From IMG/VR virus record IMGVR_UViG_3300043773_002546, positions 96,001-160,000 of that record: a DNA stretch of 64,000 nucleotides. One strand, written 5' to 3'. Source of the DNA: a virus. The position numbers were made by a program, and so were the translations under genes. Below are positions 62,665 through 64,000 of the stretch, piece by piece (the stretch's first letter is position 1; each line of letters begins with the position of its first letter). The notes under the pieces are model-generated. The model had not been told where the DNA came from, searched no databases, and saw only the letters and a program-made list of their open reading frames with translations.

Positions 62665-64000
62665 ATGGCACGGACGCAACGATCTCTGTTTGCACAGCTC
62701 AACGCGCTGGCTGAGGAAATTTCACAGGGGTCTGTGAAGGCCGCCGCGCACAAGAAAGCCGAAGGCCCCACCCCCTCTGATCCGGGCGGATACGATGGCG
62801 CTTCTTCGCACCCCACCGCTAACGTTGACAACAACGTGCAGAAGGCGGAGACCGGTGCCCGCGCCAGCGAGTACGAGACGGATATCAAGAAGCAGCAGGG
62901 CGCGCTGGCCGTCGACAACACCCCCGAGATGAGCCAGGAAGGCCGTCAGGACGAGGTGCAGTTGAACATTGGCACCAGCGCCAAGGCCACGGGCGAAGAT
63001 CCTTCGACCGAGCACGACTACAAGGGCGACAAGGACGACCCGGGCACTGCGCATCCCGCCAAGACCAACGACGGCGAGAAGTACAGCTCGGTGACGTTCA
63101 AGGAAGCCCGCGACAACGCCGCGTCGCTCGGTAACGAGATTCTTGCGAACCTTATCAACTTCGGTACCGGCAAGCTCGAGGCCGAAAAGGCCGCTGAGAT
63201 GCCCGCCGCTCTTGCTAAGGCGCTTCACGAAAAAAAAGAATCTCCCGCTGAAGAAAAAAGCGAGCACGACAGCGGCAAGCTGAAGGGCGACCAGCACAAG
63301 CTGGACACCGATAACGACGGCAAGATCGAGGGCTCTGACCTTGCGGCGCTCCGCGCCGGTAAGGAAGCCGCGTTCAAGGCCGGTTATGAGCTCGCTGCGG
63401 CGCTCGGCATGGACAAGGCAGCCGCTGAGGCTTCTGTCCGCGACGTCTGCGCTAACACGATTCGCGAAGCCGACGAAATGGCCGACCTGTTCCTGGGTTT
63501 CGTCACTGCAAAGCAGGCCGAAGACGACACGGCCGAAGCGGCCGCCGAGGGCGAAGATCACTCCGCCCCGGGTGACGCTGACAGCGGCGCGTCTGACGCC
63601 GGTGCTTCGGCTCCCGCTGGCCTTGAGGCCATGATGGCGGGTGGCGACGGCCCGGACGCTGGTCCCATGGGCGCCGAAGGCGCTCCGATGGGCGGCGCGG
63701 GCGGCGCTCCGTCAGAAGACGAGGCTGTTCAAGAACTGGCGATGGCGCTGGAAGAGCTCGGCATCCCGCCGGAAGCTCTTCTGGAAGCTGCGCAAGGCGG
63801 CGGTGCTGGCCCCGAGGCTGGTGCTGCCCCCGAGGCCGCCATGGCCGGTGCCGAACCCGCCCCGAAGATGGCCGCTGCGAATGACCTCTACGCCATTGGC
63901 GCCGAGGTGATCCGTTTCAAGCGCGCCGGAAAGTTTCAGGTGAAGGAGGCCCGCACCAAGCGGTCCCGCCAGCTTCGTGACATCATGAAGCAGCACGTCC
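62665..64000 (+). CDS. acidic scaffold-like head protein, 3' partial (missing from ORF track)
   Basis: SD AAGGAG, ATG 62665, open to window end; MARTQRSLFAQLNALAEE..; KLKGDQHKLDTDNDGKIEGSDL EF-hand-like module; many K-x-A. Confidence 0.75.
   Translation, partial: MARTQRSLFAQLNALAEEISQGSVKAAAHKKAEGPTPSDPGGYDGASSHPTANVDNNVQKAETGARASEYETDIKKQQGALAVDNTPEMSQEGRQDEVQLNIGTSAKATGEDPSTEHDYKGDKDDPGTAHPAKTNDGEKYSSVTFKEARDNAASLGNEILANLINFGTGKLEAEKAAEMPAALAKALHEKKESPAEEKSEHDSGKLKGDQHKLDTDNDGKIEGSDLAALRAGKEAAFKAGYELAAALGMDKAAAEASVRDVCANTIREADEMADLFLGFVTAKQAEDDTAEAAAEGEDHSAPGDADSGASDAGASAPAGLEAMMAGGDGPDAGPMGAEGAPMGGAGGAPSEDEAVQELAMALEELGIPPEALLEAAQGGGAGPEAGAAPEAAMAGAEPAPKMAAANDLYAIGAEVIRFKRAGKFQVKEARTKRSRQLRDIMKQHV

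Noticed and set aside
1-64000. Stop-codon reassignment
   Set aside because: Long conserved genes are intact in the standard code, all three stops are used, and no suppressor tRNA was found

Overview
64 kb of a large (jumbo-like) tailed bacteriophage genome, GC-rich, with essentially every credible gene on the + strand. The host may be a Planctomycete, which is weak inference. 1-7 kb: small accessory genes, tRNA-Lys, tRNA-Glu and a tmRNA. 7.5-35.9 kb: putative internal virion proteins, a trypsin-like protease, an SNF2-type helicase, two paralogous tail fibres, a glycan-modification cluster (sulfotransferase, TibC/Aah-like heptosyltransferase, GT8+methyltransferase, GT25, HADs, cupin), an atypical tRNA-Met, tRNA-Asn plus an HNH endonuclease, a ferritin-like protein, dCMP deaminase, MazG and an actin-fold ATPase. 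36-44.5 kb: holin, membrane proteins, a 2H phosphoesterase fusion, an MMP-like M10 peptidase and a papain-like peptidase. 44.5-64 kb: head region with a multisubunit RNA polymerase arranged as a beta/beta'-N fusion plus a separate beta'-C gene, a probable prohead protease and a scaffold-like protein that runs off the end. Three patterns cut across the window. (1) About 15 putative virion proteins share K-x-A boundaries, several with a preceding (Y/F)E(F)G-type helix, suggesting a protease-processed polyprotein and head-targeting system. (2) CANGGANG hexaloop hairpins (the CsrA/RsmA binding consensus) sit on many ribosome-binding sites. (3) A TTGATATCAA palindrome recurs, often in front of genes. 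All family assignments come from motif recognition by eye; no database search was run.
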